Source of the DNA: Zancudomyces culisetae HAW-14-8
Taxonomy: Eukaryota; Fungi; Kickxellomycota
DNA: 64,000 nucleotides
NCBI GenBank assembly: GCA_052426225.1
Contig: JBNJNM010000009.1
Coordinates: forward strand, 930,001 to 994,000
Direction of reading: 5' to 3'
Shown here: positions 61,976-64,000 of the stretch, piece by piece
Layout of the letters: each line of letters begins with the position of its first letter
Numbering within the stretch: the stretch's first letter is position 1
The notes under the pieces: generated by a model
Databases searched by the model: none
Seen by the model: the letters and a program-made list of their open reading frames with translations, nothing else
Told to the model about the DNA's origin: nothing
Made by a program: the position numbers and the translations under genes

Positions 61976-64000
61976 TGTATAATTACATTCGTCAATCCTC
62001 GTTGAGTTTGAGGCTTTTCTTTATTTACAGTGCTGTGTCGTTTCGTTGTAGCTCGTTATATAAATGAAACTGTATAAGTATTATATATCATTTGCCAACC
62101 TACGACCCAAAGCAAGGAAATAGGTTTGCTGGTTTTTTTTTGTCATGGGATACTAAGCACCCATTACTAAGTTTTGCAGTAAATCAAAATATTGGTGGGC
62201 TTTTTTTCGACCAATGGCTTTAGTGATTTTTGAAAATAGCTGCACTTTCTGATGGGTTCACACATTTGGCTCACATCAGCAATCAAGAGAAATGGGCAAA
62301 ACAGTATTGAGAAGGTTGATTAGTAATCTTGCAAAATCTACAGATTTTTGTTTGGAAGTATTATGAAATGGAACTTGTAAAAAAATGAGCATAGGTGAGC
62401 ATAGAGTTATCACATTGGCCAGCTTCATTTTTTCTATAGCATAAAAATATATTTAATACTATTTCTCCAATACCAGTTATTCTGTCCTTTGAAAAAAAAA
62501 AGTTTTTACCATAATTTAGCTGTCGTATTATTTCCCATTTAAATATTTTGCCTAGCAAATCAAGATTCTGATAGGCGTAAGCTTCCTTGGAATTCAAACA
62601 TGGAAATAGACGAAGCCATCCGACTTGCCAAAAATGAAATGAAAATTTCAAGTATATAGTAAACTCACATTTAGCGCTAGGAATCACTCTATCTAAGTTT
62701 AATGGTACCAAAAACGCCGCTTGGGCTGCTATATTTGGTGAGTTTTATATGACCTTTACTAAAAATCAAGTGTATAATTTGAGCAATGTATACTGGTAAC
62801 ACAAACTAGCTGAACCAAACCAGAGACCATGGGGAGGGAAAACAGGCTGGCTTTGAAGATATCTTATCAATTTATGAGGAAATTTACCTAGAGTATTGGA
62901 GTATTTTTTGAGTATTATAGATTATTGTAAAAGTTAATCATGGAAAGAGCTTGTTATTTTTCTTTCGTATTACAGATTTTCGCAACATTTTTAATCAGGT
63001 TTGGTGTGAATAGAAAATTGGAGCTTGTGTGCGTTACAATGTAAATACCAAAGTTTATTTGGGATGTGTAAAAGCATGTGGTCATGCTTTTTTGCTTTGA
63101 CCTAACGACCTTTTCGCTCTACATTATATCAACTAATGAAAAAAACCTCGATATAAAGCATGTATTATATTGATTTACTGCGAAGTTAATTTTGATTCAA
63201 ACATTGTATGTTGATCTGTACTATTATGTATTTGATGCAACCCAATTATCTGTCAAACCACTATTTTAAAATCCATATATATCTATTGGCTGTATTAATT
63301 TTTTTTCTACAAAAATTTTGGATATATGTTGAAAATCCATTCATCTAAAACAAAAACAAAAAAAGCATTTAGCATTATGGAGTGTTACTAGATGATTTAC
63401 TAATTAATTAAATTTTTGCTTGATTATATGCTCTAAAAAAGCTGATCAATCTTTAATAATGCAACAACACATGTTAAAATTCGCTAAAGAGAGCAAACAA
63501 AATATAAAACATGACAGAGCACTAAAATGGCCATTAAAATAGTATAGCTATGAGCAAACGTGCTGAAAAAACATAGCAAATAATGCAAAGTTTTCTTACT
63601 TGCGAGAAGAAATGCGCTTTTACGTTAATGGTATAGTAAAGAAAGCTGAGAAAAGAAAATTCATATCCAACGAGTGCTAGCTGTATATCTGAAACTAGGG
63701 GCTCTGATCGGAAATATTCTAGGATCTATACCCGCTGTTTACCATTCATCCACTCCTGCTCTTGCTTAATCTTTTGTTTTTTGCGTGGGTAAACAAATAT
63801 AGATATATTTACATAATATTACAAAACCAACCTGAGCTGATAGAGAATTGGCGCGTATTTTTTTCTGCAAGTATTTTCAATACATTGCTTTTCTGCTGGT
63901 GTCAATCTAAAACACCAGTTTCGCATATACTAAAATCAAATTGAGAATGAAAAATGAAACTGAAACTGAAACTGAAAGGATTGCAAATAATCTAGATGGT

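Noticed and set aside
40146-63944. Many short or antisense ORFs (e.g. 40146-40769, 45764-46451, 53407-54132, 60532-60852)
   Set aside because: Shadows of real genes or low-complexity AT-rich ORFs with no recognisable motifs

Overview
AT-rich eukaryotic DNA with GT-AG introns; gene content looks fungal, possibly an early-diverging lineage (inferred, not determined). Bases 204-22273 are a head-to-tail stack of different Ty3/gypsy insertions, all at one site 8-9 bp upstream of a single tRNA-Pro(TGG) gene (22282-22353). In order: element E1 (204-5486), two putative solo LTRs (5491-5791 and 5796-5954), element E2 (5958-16952) and intact element E3 (16958-22273). The units are joined only by 4-bp AACA/AAAC target-site duplications. 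E2 is interrupted by an antisense chromodomain-bearing Tf1/sushi-type element (6763-12403) that shows self-priming, -1 frameshift and heat-shock-element signals. After the tRNA come decayed inverted/tandem repeats and an AT-rich stretch. The remainder is gene-dense: Sld7-like, GDT1, a bacterial-type arsenate reductase (HGT candidate), a DnaJ protein, DCD1, HIBCH/EHD3, YPI1, a CAMKK kinase, an F-box/WD40 protein, a DEAD-box helicase, an SH3-EH adaptor with four PxxDRxxKP motifs, ALG6 and a tandem pair of CRAL-TRIO genes. All coordinates and alignments were read by eye.
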